64,000 nucleotides of DNA from Patescibacteria group bacterium (GTDB lineage: Bacteria > Patescibacteriota > Patescibacteriia > UBA9934): positions 68,352 through 132,351 of the forward strand of contig JBAZWW010000003.1 of NCBI GenBank assembly GCA_041660165.1, in the 5' to 3' direction. Under the pieces are notes generated by a model. It saw only the letters and a program-made list of their open reading frames with translations. It did no database searches and was not told where the DNA came from. Position 1 is the first letter of the stretch, and each line of letters begins with the position of its first letter. The position numbers and the translations under genes are program-made. Shown piece after piece: positions 41,204 to 50,874 of the stretch.

Positions 41204-42235
41204 CTAAACCAAGGTCGAGCGTCCGCCCGTGAGTCCCATGTGCTCGTAAGCCCGGGGAGTTGCGACTCGACCGCGGGGTGTGCGCTCAAGGAAGCCAAGT
41301 TGCAACAGGAATGGTTCGTAAATTTCTTCGATCGTCTCGGTCTCTTCCTGTGTAGCAGCGGCGAGTGTTCCGAGACCAACTGGTCCGCCCTGGAATTTCT
41401 CGATAAGTGTCCGCAAAAGATGCCGATCAACATTGTCGAGGCCAAGCGGGTCAATCGCGAGCATGGTCAGCGCGTCATTGGCGATGTCTGTCGTGATACT
41501 GCCGTCATGCTTGATTTCGGCGTAGTCTCTCACGCGTTTCAGCAGGCGGTTAGCTATTCTCGGCGTCCGGCGCGAGCGGTTGGCGATGGCTACCGTAGCC
41601 GGTTCGTCGATAGTAACGTCGAGGATACCCGCACTGCGCTTCACAATCTGTGCCATGTGGTCATTTTCGTAGAAGTTCAAATGAAAGGTCGAGCCAAATC
41701 TGTCGCGTAGTGGCGCGGACAAGAGCGAGAGTCGAGTTGTCGCGCCAATAATCGTAAACGGTTCGAGACCGAGCCTGAGTGTGCGCGCTGAGGGGCCTTT
41801 GCCGACAATGAGATCGAGCGCAAAATCTTCCATGGCGGGGTAGAGCACCTCCTCAATCGTTTTATTCATTCGATGAATCTCGTCGATGAATAGCACGTCG
41901 CCTTTCGCGAGGTTCGACAAGATCGCCGCTAGGTCGCCGACTCTTTCAAGCGCCGGCCCGCTCGTTACTCGGACATTCGCCCCCATCTCTCGGCCGATGA
42001 TATGAGCCAGCGTGGTCTTGCCGAGCCCGGGATTGCCGTACAGCAAAATATGTTCGAGCGGTTCGTTTCTTTTTTTTGCCGCCTCGATAAAAATACCCAG
42101 GTTTGTCTTCAGCTCATCCTGCCCAATAAAATCCGAAAGCCGTTCGGGGCGCAGGCCGATCTCTACCTTCTGCTCCTCTTCAGTCGCCACCGGCGCAACT
42201 TCCCGGGGCTCTTCCATGGCTTGTTCTTCGATCAT
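41204..42235 (-). CDS. ruvB: Holliday junction branch migration helicase RuvB
   Basis: [41 protein letters not shown]. Confidence 0.97.
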   Translation of the reverse strand: MIEEQAMEEPREVAPVATEEEQKVEIGLRPERLSDFIGQDELKTNLGIFIEAAKKRNEPLEHILLYGNPGLGKTTLAHIIGREMGANVRVTSGPALERVGDLAAILSNLAKGDVLFIDEIHRMNKTIEEVLYPAMEDFALDLIVGKGPSARTLRLGLEPFTIIGATTRLSLLSAPLRDRFGSTFHLNFYENDHMAQIVKRSAGILDVTIDEPATVAIANRSRRTPRIANRLLKRVRDYAEIKHDGSITTDIANDALTMLAIDPLGLDNVDRHLLRTLIEKFQGGPVGLGTLAAATQEETETIEEIYEPFLLQLGFLERTPRGRVATPRAYEHMGLTGGRSTLV

Positions 42236-42366
42236 AGTGTGCCGATCGTCCTTGTCATCTCTAGGCCATCAGACGGCCGAGAGATCTCATGGTTCAGTAT
42301 CTCAATATTAGTCCAGTTAGCCCTCATAAGCAAAAAGAGCCTTTCGGGCTCTCTTTGCGTTAGTAG

Positions 42367-43254
42367 CTAGAACTGTACCGTTTGTTGGTCTGGTGAGATC
42401 GTTACTGTTTTAATGGCTTTGCGAGCGGTGATGGTTTTGCCAGTCGCGTCTCCGCAGGTGGCTCCTTCGCCACCGGTGGGAACCTGTTGGCAAAGTGGAG
42501 TCTTCGTTGAATAGATCGGTGCGTAAATCATTTTGCCCCCATCGCTCCATCCTGCAGACGTGAGTGGCTCTAGGTAGCCACCCATCTGGTTTGGTACATA
42601 ACTTGCGTATGAATACGAATAGCCGTCTGGCAGTTTTCCAATAATAGTTGTTGTATCAGTTTGCAGGTCAAGGAGCGTGAAAGAATACGTTTCGAAGGGA
42701 CAGTCTATGAAAGTTTGGCTGTCGCAGTCTGGAGATGGGGTGCCGTTTGGTATGAGGATCTTGTCTTCATTCGGTGAAACAACCATGCTAGTCGCATCAT
42801 TGCCGTTCGTCAGTATTTTTATAGTTCCCGTGGCGATGTCAATTCGCCAAATTGGGCCCCGGTTGCCCTTTTCTGCCTGGACAAGGTAGAGCGAATTCGT
42901 GTCTCCCGCCCTTGGTTCAAGGAGTATGGAGTAGTCAACTCCTGAATCTACATAGAAGGAATCGGTCTGCGCGATTGGTGTAAATTTCCCGGTTTTTGTG
43001 TCTGTGATGCCAGAGTCGTCAATGATGTACTGGCTCTCCGGGAGATTGTACTGATAACGGGCTCTATAGGTGCTCGTCCCCGCGTTAATTGTCTCTTGGA
43101 GTGTTGGAGTCGTTTCCGGAACCGAAACAATCACTGGTTGCCGTGATTTTGCCCAAATACCCGCGCCAACCATTGGCAATATGAGGCCAAGAACAAACGC
43201 CCCAAGAATGAATAACGGCGTTCGGTGCGCAATGCTCGACGATTTCTTTTTCAT
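42367..43254 (-). CDS. Membrane-anchored hypothetical protein (beta-rich, TolB-like segments)
   Basis: N-terminal TM; VSPNEDKI and WSDGGKMI motifs. Confidence 0.6.
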   Translation of the reverse strand: MKKKSSSIAHRTPLFILGAFVLGLILPMVGAGIWAKSRQPVIVSVPETTPTLQETINAGTSTYRARYQYNLPESQYIIDDSGITDTKTGKFTPIAQTDSFYVDSGVDYSILLEPRAGDTNSLYLVQAEKGNRGPIWRIDIATGTIKILTNGNDATSMVVSPNEDKILIPNGTPSPDCDSQTFIDCPFETYSFTLLDLQTDTTTIIGKLPDGYSYSYASYVPNQMGGYLEPLTSAGWSDGGKMIYAPIYSTKTPLCQQVPTGGEGATCGDATGKTITARKAIKTVTISPDQQTVQF

Positions 43255-43291
43255 AGTTCAATGAAAAGTATAGCATCCAAATAAAAAAAGC

Positions 43292-43558
43292 TTATGAGTA
43301 GATAGCGTGGTCATCTACGTCAATGAATGAAACAACTCCATCACTTTCTATGGCGAACATGATTCGATATGACCCCGTGATAGAAAAGGACCAGAATTCT
43401 TTAAGATGGCCACTGAGTTTGTGGGTTTTGAGCTTTGGATCAAAGCAATTTGCTCGAAATGATATCTCACGCTCCAGAACTTCTTCTTTGAGGTTTTTTG
43501 GTAGTTTCTTGAAGGCGCGTTTGAAATGTGAAGAATAGGAGATCTGTTTGATCTTCAT
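43292..43558 (-). CDS. Type II toxin, RelE/YafQ family mRNA interferase
   Basis: YSSHFKRAFKKL, LKTHKLSG.L...WSFSI...YRI.F. Confidence 0.88.
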   Translation of the reverse strand: MKIKQISYSSHFKRAFKKLPKNLKEEVLEREISFRANCFDPKLKTHKLSGHLKEFWSFSITGSYRIMFAIESDGVVSFIDVDDHAIYS

Positions 43559-43559
43559 A

Positions 43560-43787
43560 TTACTTCATGAGACTAGCCAGTGATCCTTTGAGCACTTTGA
43601 GTTTTCCGGTTTTCCGCTCGGTTTCATATACGGCAACCGCTTCGAGCGCGCCCTGTTCCTCAATAAATCGGCGAAGTGCTGTCCGAAGAAGCTCGGAACG
43701 GGTCATATGATGTCTCTTGGCCATTCTCTCTGATTGCACAACGAGCGCCGGGGGGAGTGAAATCGTGACCAGGGATGTGGTGCGCAT
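43560..43787 (-). CDS. CopG/RHH antitoxin
   Basis: VTISLP...RSELLRTALR; directly upstream of the toxin. Confidence 0.85.
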   Translation of the reverse strand: MRTTSLVTISLPPALVVQSERMAKRHHMTRSELLRTALRRFIEEQGALEAVAVYETERKTGKLKVLKGSLASLMK

Positions 43788-43901
43788 AAAGGTTGTTACT
43801 TAGTATTAACCTCAGTGTACTCATTGTGATTATCTACGTCAAACGAGAAAAGTTGGCGTCAAGTTGATCTTTTGTATCGAAACAGGCACAATATACTCTG
43901 T

Positions 43902-43987
43902 GCCGGGATGGCGAAATGGCAGCCGCGAGGCCCTTAAGAGGCCTTATCCGAAAGGGTGTGCGGGTTCGAGTCCCGCTCCCGGTACCA
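43902..43987 (+). tRNA. tRNA-Leu(TAA)
   Basis: GCCGGGA/TCCCGGT acceptor stem, AGGCC-CTTAAGA-GGCCT anticodon arm, variable arm, GGTTCGAGTCC, CCA. Confidence 0.95.
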
Positions 43988-44001
43988 TCAAATGATCGAG
44001 C

Positions 44002-45180
44002 CTAATGGCTCGATTTTTTGTTTTGTCGAACGGCCATGAAGATGATCAGCAGTACCGCAGAGAAGCCCGAGACGATGGCCCCAAAGTAAAACGGGGCAGA
44101 GGGGGAGACGCGGTCCCAGAGGAGGCCGGCGATTAGACTCGATGGAAGGGAGAGGACGCCGATAGTGGTATTGAAGAGGCCATATGCTCGTCCTCTGTGC
44201 GATTCGGGGACCATGTCAGCCACGAATGCTTTGGCTACGCCGTAAGTGGTGGCGTAATAGAGGCCGTAGAAGGCGAAGAGGATCCAGATGTGAATAGCCG
44301 AGGTCGCGCTTGCGAATCCGAGGTAGGCGAGGGCGTAGGCCAGCCAGCCGATGAGCATCACCTTTTCTCGACCAATCCGATCGGAGAGACTGCCGAGCGG
44401 GACTGAGGCGGTGGCGTACACAAAGTTAAAGACGGCATAGACAAGGGGGATGGCGAGCAATGTGACGCCCACGTTCTGCGCTCGCAGAATGAGAAAAGCG
44501 TCAGACGAGTTGCCAATAGCAAAAATGGTGATGATGACCAGAAAAACGTAGAACTGTGAGGGGATAGCGCCGTGGTTTGGTTCGGCGCGTTTTGCGCGCG
44601 GAATACTTGACGCCTCCTTAACCTTCCAGACCAGGATGCCGAGTGTGAAGACGAGCGGGATAGCGGAGAGGAGCAAGATGAGGTGATATTTGTATTCGTG
44701 ATCTTGGAAAATGTATAAAAGGGCAAAGAGGAGGAGCGGGCCGGCCACAGAACCCAGCGTGTCGAGCATTCTGGCGATGCCAAAGCTCTTGCCACGAGAA
44801 GTAGACACGCTTGATGAAGCAATAAGTGCGTCCTTGGGCGAGTCCTTAATCCCTTTGCCAGCACCGTCTAGAAAGCGCAGGCCGAGGACTGCCACACCGC
44901 CCGTGACGAACGCAAGTAGTGGCCGAGCCACCATTGAGAAAAAGTAGCCGGCAAAGATAATCGGTTTTTTCTTGCCGTATTTATCCGTCAGATAGCCGGC
45001 CAGCAGGCGGAAGATGCTCGCCCCAGCGGTGACCAGGCCCTCAGACAGGCCAATGAGCGCGGCGTCCAGGTGCAAGATGTTCTTGAGGTACAACGGCAGG
45101 ATCGGCACAAAAATATCCTGGCTAATACCGCCAAAAAAACTGAGGAGGCCAATGAAGAAGACGTTCATACTTTCGTTCAT
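44002..45180 (-). CDS. MFS transporter
   Basis: 12 TM; motif A twice (GYLTDKYGKK and GSLSDRIGRE). Confidence 0.92.
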   Translation of the reverse strand: MNESMNVFFIGLLSFFGGISQDIFVPILPLYLKNILHLDAALIGLSEGLVTAGASIFRLLAGYLTDKYGKKKPIIFAGYFFSMVARPLLAFVTGGVAVLGLRFLDGAGKGIKDSPKDALIASSSVSTSRGKSFGIARMLDTLGSVAGPLLLFALLYIFQDHEYKYHLILLLSAIPLVFTLGILVWKVKEASSIPRAKRAEPNHGAIPSQFYVFLVIITIFAIGNSSDAFLILRAQNVGVTLLAIPLVYAVFNFVYATASVPLGSLSDRIGREKVMLIGWLAYALAYLGFASATSAIHIWILFAFYGLYYATTYGVAKAFVADMVPESHRGRAYGLFNTTIGVLSLPSSLIAGLLWDRVSPSAPFYFGAIVSGFSAVLLIIFMAVRQNKKSSH

Positions 45181-45207
45181 GATAGCAGAATGCTAAACTG
45201 CTCCCGT

Positions 45208-45669
45208 ATGAAAGGCTATCGCCCCAACGCAGGCATCATTGTGACGGACGGCAAAGGCCATGTGCTCATGTGCGAGCGCACGGATTTGAAATATGAGGGG
45301 ACATGGCAGACACCCCAGGGCGGGATTGATCCCGGGGAGACGGGGAGAGATACGGCGGTGCGCGAGCTTGGCGAGGAACTCGGCCTGGCGCCGGAAGAAT
45401 TCGATATTCTGGCGGAATCAACGCAGAAGTTTCGTTACGAGTGGCCGGAAAGCTATCAGATGATGAATCCATTACGAGAGTTTCGGGGCCAAGAACAGCA
45501 GTTTTTCCTAGCGCAAGTCCATCCGGGCGTGGAGTTTTATCTTGATTCTGCTGGTCATGGGGAATTCAGACGGGTAATGTGGGGGAGCCCGCAGGACTTG
45601 CTCAGCAAATGCTGGGAACCCAAGCGTCCGGGGCTTGAGTCTGCTATGAAAGAGTTTGGCCTTTTATGA
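45208..45669 (+). CDS. NUDIX hydrolase, RppH-like
   Basis: GYRPNAGI, WQTPQGGIDPGE...AVRELGEELG, GQEQ.FF; start moved to MKGYRP. Confidence 0.85.
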   Translation: MKGYRPNAGIIVTDGKGHVLMCERTDLKYEGTWQTPQGGIDPGETGRDTAVRELGEELGLAPEEFDILAESTQKFRYEWPESYQMMNPLREFRGQEQQFFLAQVHPGVEFYLDSAGHGEFRRVMWGSPQDLLSKCWEPKRPGLESAMKEFGLL

Positions 45670-46553
45670 AAAAAACTACGCCAAAGAAGATTGTCATCAT
45701 TGGGGGAGGAACTGGCACGGCCACCGTCCTCAAAGGACTGCGCCAGTATCCGCTTGAGCTTTCAGCCGTGGTTTCAATGGCTGATGACGGCGGTTCGACG
45801 GGAATCCTTCGGCGCGAGCTTGGCATTTTACCGGTTGGGGATATTCGCCAATGCCTGCTCGCGCTTTCAGACGCCGAGGATTCCGTGAAGGAACTATTCG
45901 GTTATCGCTTCGCCGAGGGGAGTCTCTCAGGACACAGCGCGGGCAATCTTCTCCTCGCCGCGCTCGTGAAATCTACGGGGGATTTCGAGGAAGCATTGGC
46001 CGTTGCCTCGAGAATGCTCGACATAAAGGGCGAAGTCATTCCCGTAACGCTCGATTTGACCACGCTCGGCGTTATTCATGGGAGTGATCGAGTGAAAGTG
46101 ATGGGCGAGCATGTGATTGATGACGGACTCGTGCTCAACCAACCGCGAGAATTCTTCCTTGAGCCCCGCGCGCAGATCAGCAGTCGAGCTCGAACCGCCA
46201 TCCTCGACGCCGATGTGATCGTGATCGGCCCCGGCTCGCTCGCCACCTCGCTCATACCAGCACTCATTGTAGAGGGAGTGCGCAAGGCGATTGGCGAGTC
46301 TAAGGCGAAGATCATCTATAACGTAAACCTCGCCCCAACGCCGGGGCAGACGGAGGGGTTCTCGGTAGCCGATTACGTGAAAGAGATCGAGTCATACTTG
46401 CCCCGCAAGATAGATTTTGTGACGAGCGGGGACGCGCTCAGGGATCCCTCGAAAGTAGAGAAAAAGGCTGGCGATCTCCTTGTCAGAAGCAGTGTTCGGC
46501 ATAATCCGGAGGCGCTTGGCCGGGTCATTATGGAATATATTGAGGCGCTATGA
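45666..46553 (+). CDS. yvcK: YvcK/CofD-like UDP-GlcNAc-binding protein
   Basis: IGGGTG, ADDGGSTG.LR, GHSAGNL, GPGSL.TS. Confidence 0.88.
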   Translation: MKKTTPKKIVIIGGGTGTATVLKGLRQYPLELSAVVSMADDGGSTGILRRELGILPVGDIRQCLLALSDAEDSVKELFGYRFAEGSLSGHSAGNLLLAALVKSTGDFEEALAVASRMLDIKGEVIPVTLDLTTLGVIHGSDRVKVMGEHVIDDGLVLNQPREFFLEPRAQISSRARTAILDADVIVIGPGSLATSLIPALIVEGVRKAIGESKAKIIYNVNLAPTPGQTEGFSVADYVKEIESYLPRKIDFVTSGDALRDPSKVEKKAGDLLVRSSVRHNPEALGRVIMEYIEAL

Positions 46554-47698
46554 AGATTTTTATTGATTTTGACCACACGCTAACCCGGGGCCGGGAGTTT
46601 GGGGATGCCATTTTGGGCGAACTGGGCGGGGAGTCAGCGGAAATTTTGCGCACCGCGCTTCGGGATTTTAGGCAAACGCATGATTTTACGTTGGAAGCCG
46701 TTTCTCAGCTCTTTGAACAGTTCGGCTTTCCGCCTGAGCGAACGATCAGTATGTATGAAGCGTATGCCAAGCGGATGGAGGAGTTTTTGGCGCCAGATGC
46801 CCATGAATTTCTGTCCGCTTTGAAGGCATTGGGCCACGAGCTGATACTCCTCACGCGTTCTCCTGACGTGGAAACATGGCAACGGCCAAAGGTGCTGGCG
46901 TCAGGGCTGAGTGAATATTTTACTGGCATTGAGATTACGAGCGGAGCAAAAGTGGACGTGATAGAGATGCTCGGCCACCAAGAGCCGTTTATATTTATTG
47001 ATGATCTCCCAAAGGAAACGGAAGAAATGCAAGCACGTTTTCCGGTGGCGCTTTGTATTACGCATGAAAAAGGCGCCCCGCTCATGGAGCATCTTTTCAC
47101 TATTGCCGGTTTTGCTAATCGTGACGAGCTAAAAACGCTTCCGTTGCCGATTAATACCGCGATCAACATCGGAAATCTTTCACTCGAGGACGGCGAACAG
47201 CTGGCCGTAACGTTTGGCCTCGACAAAAAAGCAGTCGACGCTTTCAAAAAGCGTTCGTGTGATGAAACGGATGAAGAGCTCATGCGTTTTACGAGTGATC
47301 ACGAGCGGATTTGCCTTGGTTCGTATGAAACTTGGTATGCCAAGGAGCGCTACCCGTTTGGCCTCATGAGCAAGTCCGGCGAACTGGCCGGCATTGCCTG
47401 GTTTGGCCCAAAGGCGTTTCCCTCGATTGAAAAAGCGGGGTTTCAAACCCCGCCCATGACCGCGAACGCCGAGTGGCATACCTTTGCTGTCCGCATGTAT
47501 AACCCGTATCGCGGAAAACGGCTGGCTTTCCCCTTTGCTTCCTTTGTTTTTAAGGCTTACAATACCTTTCTTCCTCCGCATCCGCTTTGGCTTGATACAA
47601 GTCCGGAAAACGCTGGCGCCATTCGGTTATACTCAAAGCTAGGATTCATCGAGCATGGACATCGAGAGGATGGCCGAGTAGTCATGATCCGCCCGTAA
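46550..47698 (+). CDS. HAD-family hydrolase fused to a GNAT acetyltransferase-like domain
   Basis: IFIDFDHTL, LLTR, FIDD; C-terminal YRGKRLA...N..AIRLY.KLGF. Confidence 0.75.
   Translation: MKIFIDFDHTLTRGREFGDAILGELGGESAEILRTALRDFRQTHDFTLEAVSQLFEQFGFPPERTISMYEAYAKRMEEFLAPDAHEFLSALKALGHELILLTRSPDVETWQRPKVLASGLSEYFTGIEITSGAKVDVIEMLGHQEPFIFIDDLPKETEEMQARFPVALCITHEKGAPLMEHLFTIAGFANRDELKTLPLPINTAINIGNLSLEDGEQLAVTFGLDKKAVDAFKKRSCDETDEELMRFTSDHERICLGSYETWYAKERYPFGLMSKSGELAGIAWFGPKAFPSIEKAGFQTPPMTANAEWHTFAVRMYNPYRGKRLAFPFASFVFKAYNTFLPPHPLWLDTSPENAGAIRLYSKLGFIEHGHREDGRVVMIRP
47431..47456. repeat. REP-like palindrome (family C), in frame
   Basis: AAAAGCGGGGTTTCAAACCCCGCCCA, identical to 48568-48593. 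Confidence 0.75.
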
Positions 47699-47700
47699 CT

Positions 47701-48981
47701 ATGCCTCGCGTTAAACTGACCGAATTTCGGGCGAAGAAGCTCATCCTCGGCAACACCTACGCCGGTGTTTCTTTTTGTGGTGTGGTGCGTTCTCCCTCTT
47801 TCCAAGAGGGCGTCAGTACGGGTGGGCGTTCCCCCTCTTTCCAAGAGGGTGTCAGGACGGATGGGCGCTCCCCCTCTTTCCAAGAGGGGGCTACGGGGGA
47901 GTCGGTGGTGCGTTGGGTGGTCAAAGTCGATCAAGGTATCAAAAAGCGCTTCAAGCAAGGCCTCGTCAAAGTGAATATCTCGGCGGACGAGATTTTGAGC
48001 GCTGTCGAGCCTTGGAAGGCAAAGGGCTTCTCGCAATTCATTGCCGAGCCGTTTGTCGAGCACTCGGCGAACGAGGAACAGTATCTTTCGCTTGAGCGCG
48101 TGCGTGAGGGGGTTCGCATTTTGCATACCGCCGAGGGCGGAGTTGATATTGAGGCGCATCCGGAAGCTGTCCGATCATATGTCGTCGAAAATGCGGGCGA
48201 GATTTCATTGATCGCTAAAGAGACGAAGATTCCGCAGGCATTCCTTGAACAGTTAATTTCAACTTTTAACGATAAGATGTTTGCATTTCTTGAGATCAAT
48301 CCGCTTGTGATCAAGGGTGATCGAGTCTATTTGCTCGACGCTGCCGTGCTCGTGGACAGCGCAGGAATCTTCTTTGTGCACGGCGCGTGGACGGCGAGTG
48401 ATCTTGTTCTGCCCACCGCCAAGCATCCGGCTGAAGCGCGGGTCGAGGAATTAGCGAAAACCACTCCCGCCTCGCTCAAATTGTCCGTGCTGAATCCTGA
48501 CGGAGCATTGTTTTTCTTGTTGTCTGGCGGTGGGGGATCAATCGTGATCGCAGATACCGTCATGAACAAAAGCGGGGTTTCAAACCCCGCCCACGGCGCG
48601 GGCCAACTGATCGGCAACTACGGCGAGTACAGCGGAGGGCCCACGCGCGAAGAGACGTTTTTGTACACTCGCGAGGTACTCGGTTTGTTGCTCGGATCGA
48701 GCGCGCCGAAGAAGGCGCTCATAATTGCCGGGGGAGTGGCAAACTTTACGGATGTGAAGCGGACGTTTGCAGGCATCATTGACGCGTTGACCGAGCGCTC
48801 AGCCGAACTCCGTAAGCAGGGCGTTAAGGTGTTTGTGCGCCGGGGCGGACCGAATGAACAGGCGGGACTGGCCATGATGCGTGAGTTCCTGACCGCCGAG
48901 GGATTGCTCGGTGCCGTTTATGGATCAGAGGCGGTGATGACTAAGGCGGTAGAAGACGCCATAGCTTTTGTAAAAGTATGA
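47701..48981 (+). CDS. aclB: ATP-citrate lyase beta subunit (ATP-grasp plus citrate-binding domain)
   Basis: VVKVDQ.IKKR.K.GLV, FLEINPL, SLKL.VLNP.G, GGGGS, NYGEYSGGP, GGVANFTDV, VRRGGPN. Confidence 0.88.
   Translation: MPRVKLTEFRAKKLILGNTYAGVSFCGVVRSPSFQEGVSTGGRSPSFQEGVRTDGRSPSFQEGATGESVVRWVVKVDQGIKKRFKQGLVKVNISADEILSAVEPWKAKGFSQFIAEPFVEHSANEEQYLSLERVREGVRILHTAEGGVDIEAHPEAVRSYVVENAGEISLIAKETKIPQAFLEQLISTFNDKMFAFLEINPLVIKGDRVYLLDAAVLVDSAGIFFVHGAWTASDLVLPTAKHPAEARVEELAKTTPASLKLSVLNPDGALFFLLSGGGGSIVIADTVMNKSGVSNPAHGAGQLIGNYGEYSGGPTREETFLYTREVLGLLLGSSAPKKALIIAGGVANFTDVKRTFAGIIDALTERSAELRKQGVKVFVRRGGPNEQAGLAMMREFLTAEGLLGAVYGSEAVMTKAVEDAIAFVKV
47785..47903 (+). repeat. Three tandem in-frame family A repeats (39-nt period) inside aclB
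   Basis: CCCTCTTTCCAAGAGGG at 47794, 47833 and 47872, encoding RSPSFQEG three times. Confidence 0.9.
48568..48593. repeat. REP-like palindrome (family C), in frame in aclB
   Basis: Identical 26-mer to 47431-47456, read in a different frame. Confidence 0.75.
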
Positions 48982-50798
48982 ACGTCATTGAAACCATAAG
49001 AACGGGGCAGGATGGTATTCTCGTCCTTGGCAACCATCCAGAAATCGTGCAATCCATTTTGGATTTTGATTATTTGTCGGGCAAGGCTCATCCCTCGATT
49101 TTGGGGATTGTGACTCAGAACCGAAAGGCCTTAAAATGTTTTTTTGGCGCGCGGGAGATGCTGGTTCCGTGTTTTAAGAGCGTTAATGCGGTGCCGAAAG
49201 TGATCGGCGAGAATGTGCGCTGGATGCTGAACGCGCAGTCTGGCCGGCGCGCGTATGACTCGACCGTTTCGTTTTTCGAGGCCTTTCCGAAGGCACTCGG
49301 CGGGCACATTTTTGCGGAGAATATGCCGGAGATCCACGCGACCGAGCTGATTCGCCGTTATGGATTCTCGAAACTCATCGCTGGGCCATCCGGCGTTGGT
49401 CTCCTCGTCCCTGGCCATCTCAAACTTGGCGCCAGCGGGGGAGTGGGCGTGCCCCAGCTTGTGCAGGGGAAACTAGCGAATCCTGGCTCGGTCGCCGTTG
49501 TCTCGACATCTGGCGGAATGACGAACGAGTTGATTGTGGCCGTGGCGAATGCGGGCAAGGGGACCTCGTTTTCCGTTTCTATCGGCGGGGATAGGTTTCC
49601 GATCACTTCGCTAACTGATGTGTTGATGCTGGCGGAGGGAGACGCGCAGACAGAAGCGATCGTCTATTTCGGCGAGCTTGGCGGAGCGGACGAGTATGAG
49701 ATTGTGAAATTACTCGACGAGAAAAAGCTGACGAAGCCAATCATTTGTTATATTGCCGGGATCATTGACGAAGCTTTTGATCAGCACATGCAGTTTGGCC
49801 ACGCCAAGGCACTGGTAGCGCATAAAGATGAGAGCGCTCGAGCGAAAAGAGTTGCGCTCGCAAAAGCCGGAGCCATTGCCCCGGAGACGTTCCCTGAGTT
49901 TCTCTCGGTCATCCCAAGCATCAATATCATCTCGAGCGGAGCGAGAGATTTGATTGGCCAATCAGATCCTTCGCCTGTCAAACAAGCTCAGGATGACGCT
50001 TACATTAAACCCCTTATGGAAAGACAAAAAAGTATTCTCTCGACACGAAAAATTGTTGACCTAGAATCCGTTCCGCAGTACGTCAAAGACGGCAAGCTGG
50101 CTAAACCGCGGGCGAATGCGTTCGCCTCGGCTTCTCTGCGAGCACTGCTCGGTCGTGAACCTTCAGCCCTAGTTTCGGCCTTTGTTGAGAACATTTTCGA
50201 GTTATTGATCGATCACGGCGGGAACGTTTCCGGCGCGGTGAACACCATGATTACCGCCAGGGCCGGCAAAGATCTCGTCTCCTCGCTCGCCTCAGGCTTG
50301 TTAACGATCGGTCCGCGTTTTGGTGGGGCGGTCAATGATTCAGCCAAGACCTGGATGCAGGGCGTAGTGTCAAAAAAGTCCGCCTCTGACTTTGTTGAGG
50401 AGAAAACCAAAGCTGGCGATCTGCTCGCGGGCATTGGACATAGAAAATATCGTGTAGGCATTCCTGATCCACGCGTAGCTTCCTTGTCCGAGTTTGCTTC
50501 GCTCCTTTCAAGTCATCCGCATTACGATTTCGCGCGAGCAGTCGAGGCAGTGACCACGAGCAAGAATGGCAACCTCATCTTGAACGTGGACGGCGTCATG
50601 GCTTCGCTCCTCCTAGACATTCTTGCCGAGTCCGATAAATTCTCGCCCGAAGAACTTCAAGAACTGGTTGACGCTGAATTCTTTAACGCCCTCTTTGTCA
50701 TCCCCCGCACCGTTGGCTTCATTTCACACTTTATCGAACAGAAGAGGAACGACGAGGGACTATTCCGCTTGCCGGACGAGCTGTTGTTTGAGAGATAG
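48978..50798 (+). CDS. aclA: ATP-citrate lyase alpha subunit (CoA-ligase plus citryl-CoA lyase domain)
   Basis: SGGMTNE, IGGDRFP, GELGG, QFGHA (phospho-His), DHGG.VSGA.NT, TIGPRFGGA, GIGHR, LNVDG. Confidence 0.9.
   Translation: MNVIETIRTGQDGILVLGNHPEIVQSILDFDYLSGKAHPSILGIVTQNRKALKCFFGAREMLVPCFKSVNAVPKVIGENVRWMLNAQSGRRAYDSTVSFFEAFPKALGGHIFAENMPEIHATELIRRYGFSKLIAGPSGVGLLVPGHLKLGASGGVGVPQLVQGKLANPGSVAVVSTSGGMTNELIVAVANAGKGTSFSVSIGGDRFPITSLTDVLMLAEGDAQTEAIVYFGELGGADEYEIVKLLDEKKLTKPIICYIAGIIDEAFDQHMQFGHAKALVAHKDESARAKRVALAKAGAIAPETFPEFLSVIPSINIISSGARDLIGQSDPSPVKQAQDDAYIKPLMERQKSILSTRKIVDLESVPQYVKDGKLAKPRANAFASASLRALLGREPSALVSAFVENIFELLIDHGGNVSGAVNTMITARAGKDLVSSLASGLLTIGPRFGGAVNDSAKTWMQGVVSKKSASDFVEEKTKAGDLLAGIGHRKYRVGIPDPRVASLSEFASLLSSHPHYDFARAVEAVTTSKNGNLILNVDGVMASLLLDILAESDKFSPEELQELVDAEFFNALFVIPRTVGFISHFIEQKRNDEGLFRLPDELLFER
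49926..49997. repeat. Family E hairpin inserted in frame in the aclA interdomain linker
   Basis: ATCATCTCGAGCGGAGCGAGAGATTTGATT...AATCAGATCCTTCGC...GCTCAGGATGAC (72 nt). Confidence 0.7.
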
Positions 50799-50805
50799 TA
50801 CTTTC

Positions 50806-50837
50806 TCCATCCCGAGCCATGCGAGGGATCCGACTTT
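50806..50837. repeat. Family E half element
   Basis: TCCATCCCGAGCCATGCGAGGGATCCGACTTT, close to the reverse complement of 26412-26443. Confidence 0.75.
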
Positions 50838-50874
50838 CCCTGCGAGAAGTGGGGGGGGGGCGGATAAGGGCGCA

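Noticed and set aside
47785-47903. CRISPR-like repeat-spacer pattern
   Set aside because: Only three units, the 22-nt spacers resemble each other, it lies in frame in aclB, no cas genes are present, and the repeat matches the DUF559 flanks.
50851-50860. G10 tract as a phase-variation switch
   Set aside because: It lies between convergent gene ends next to a repeat remnant, so it is in neither a promoter nor a CDS.
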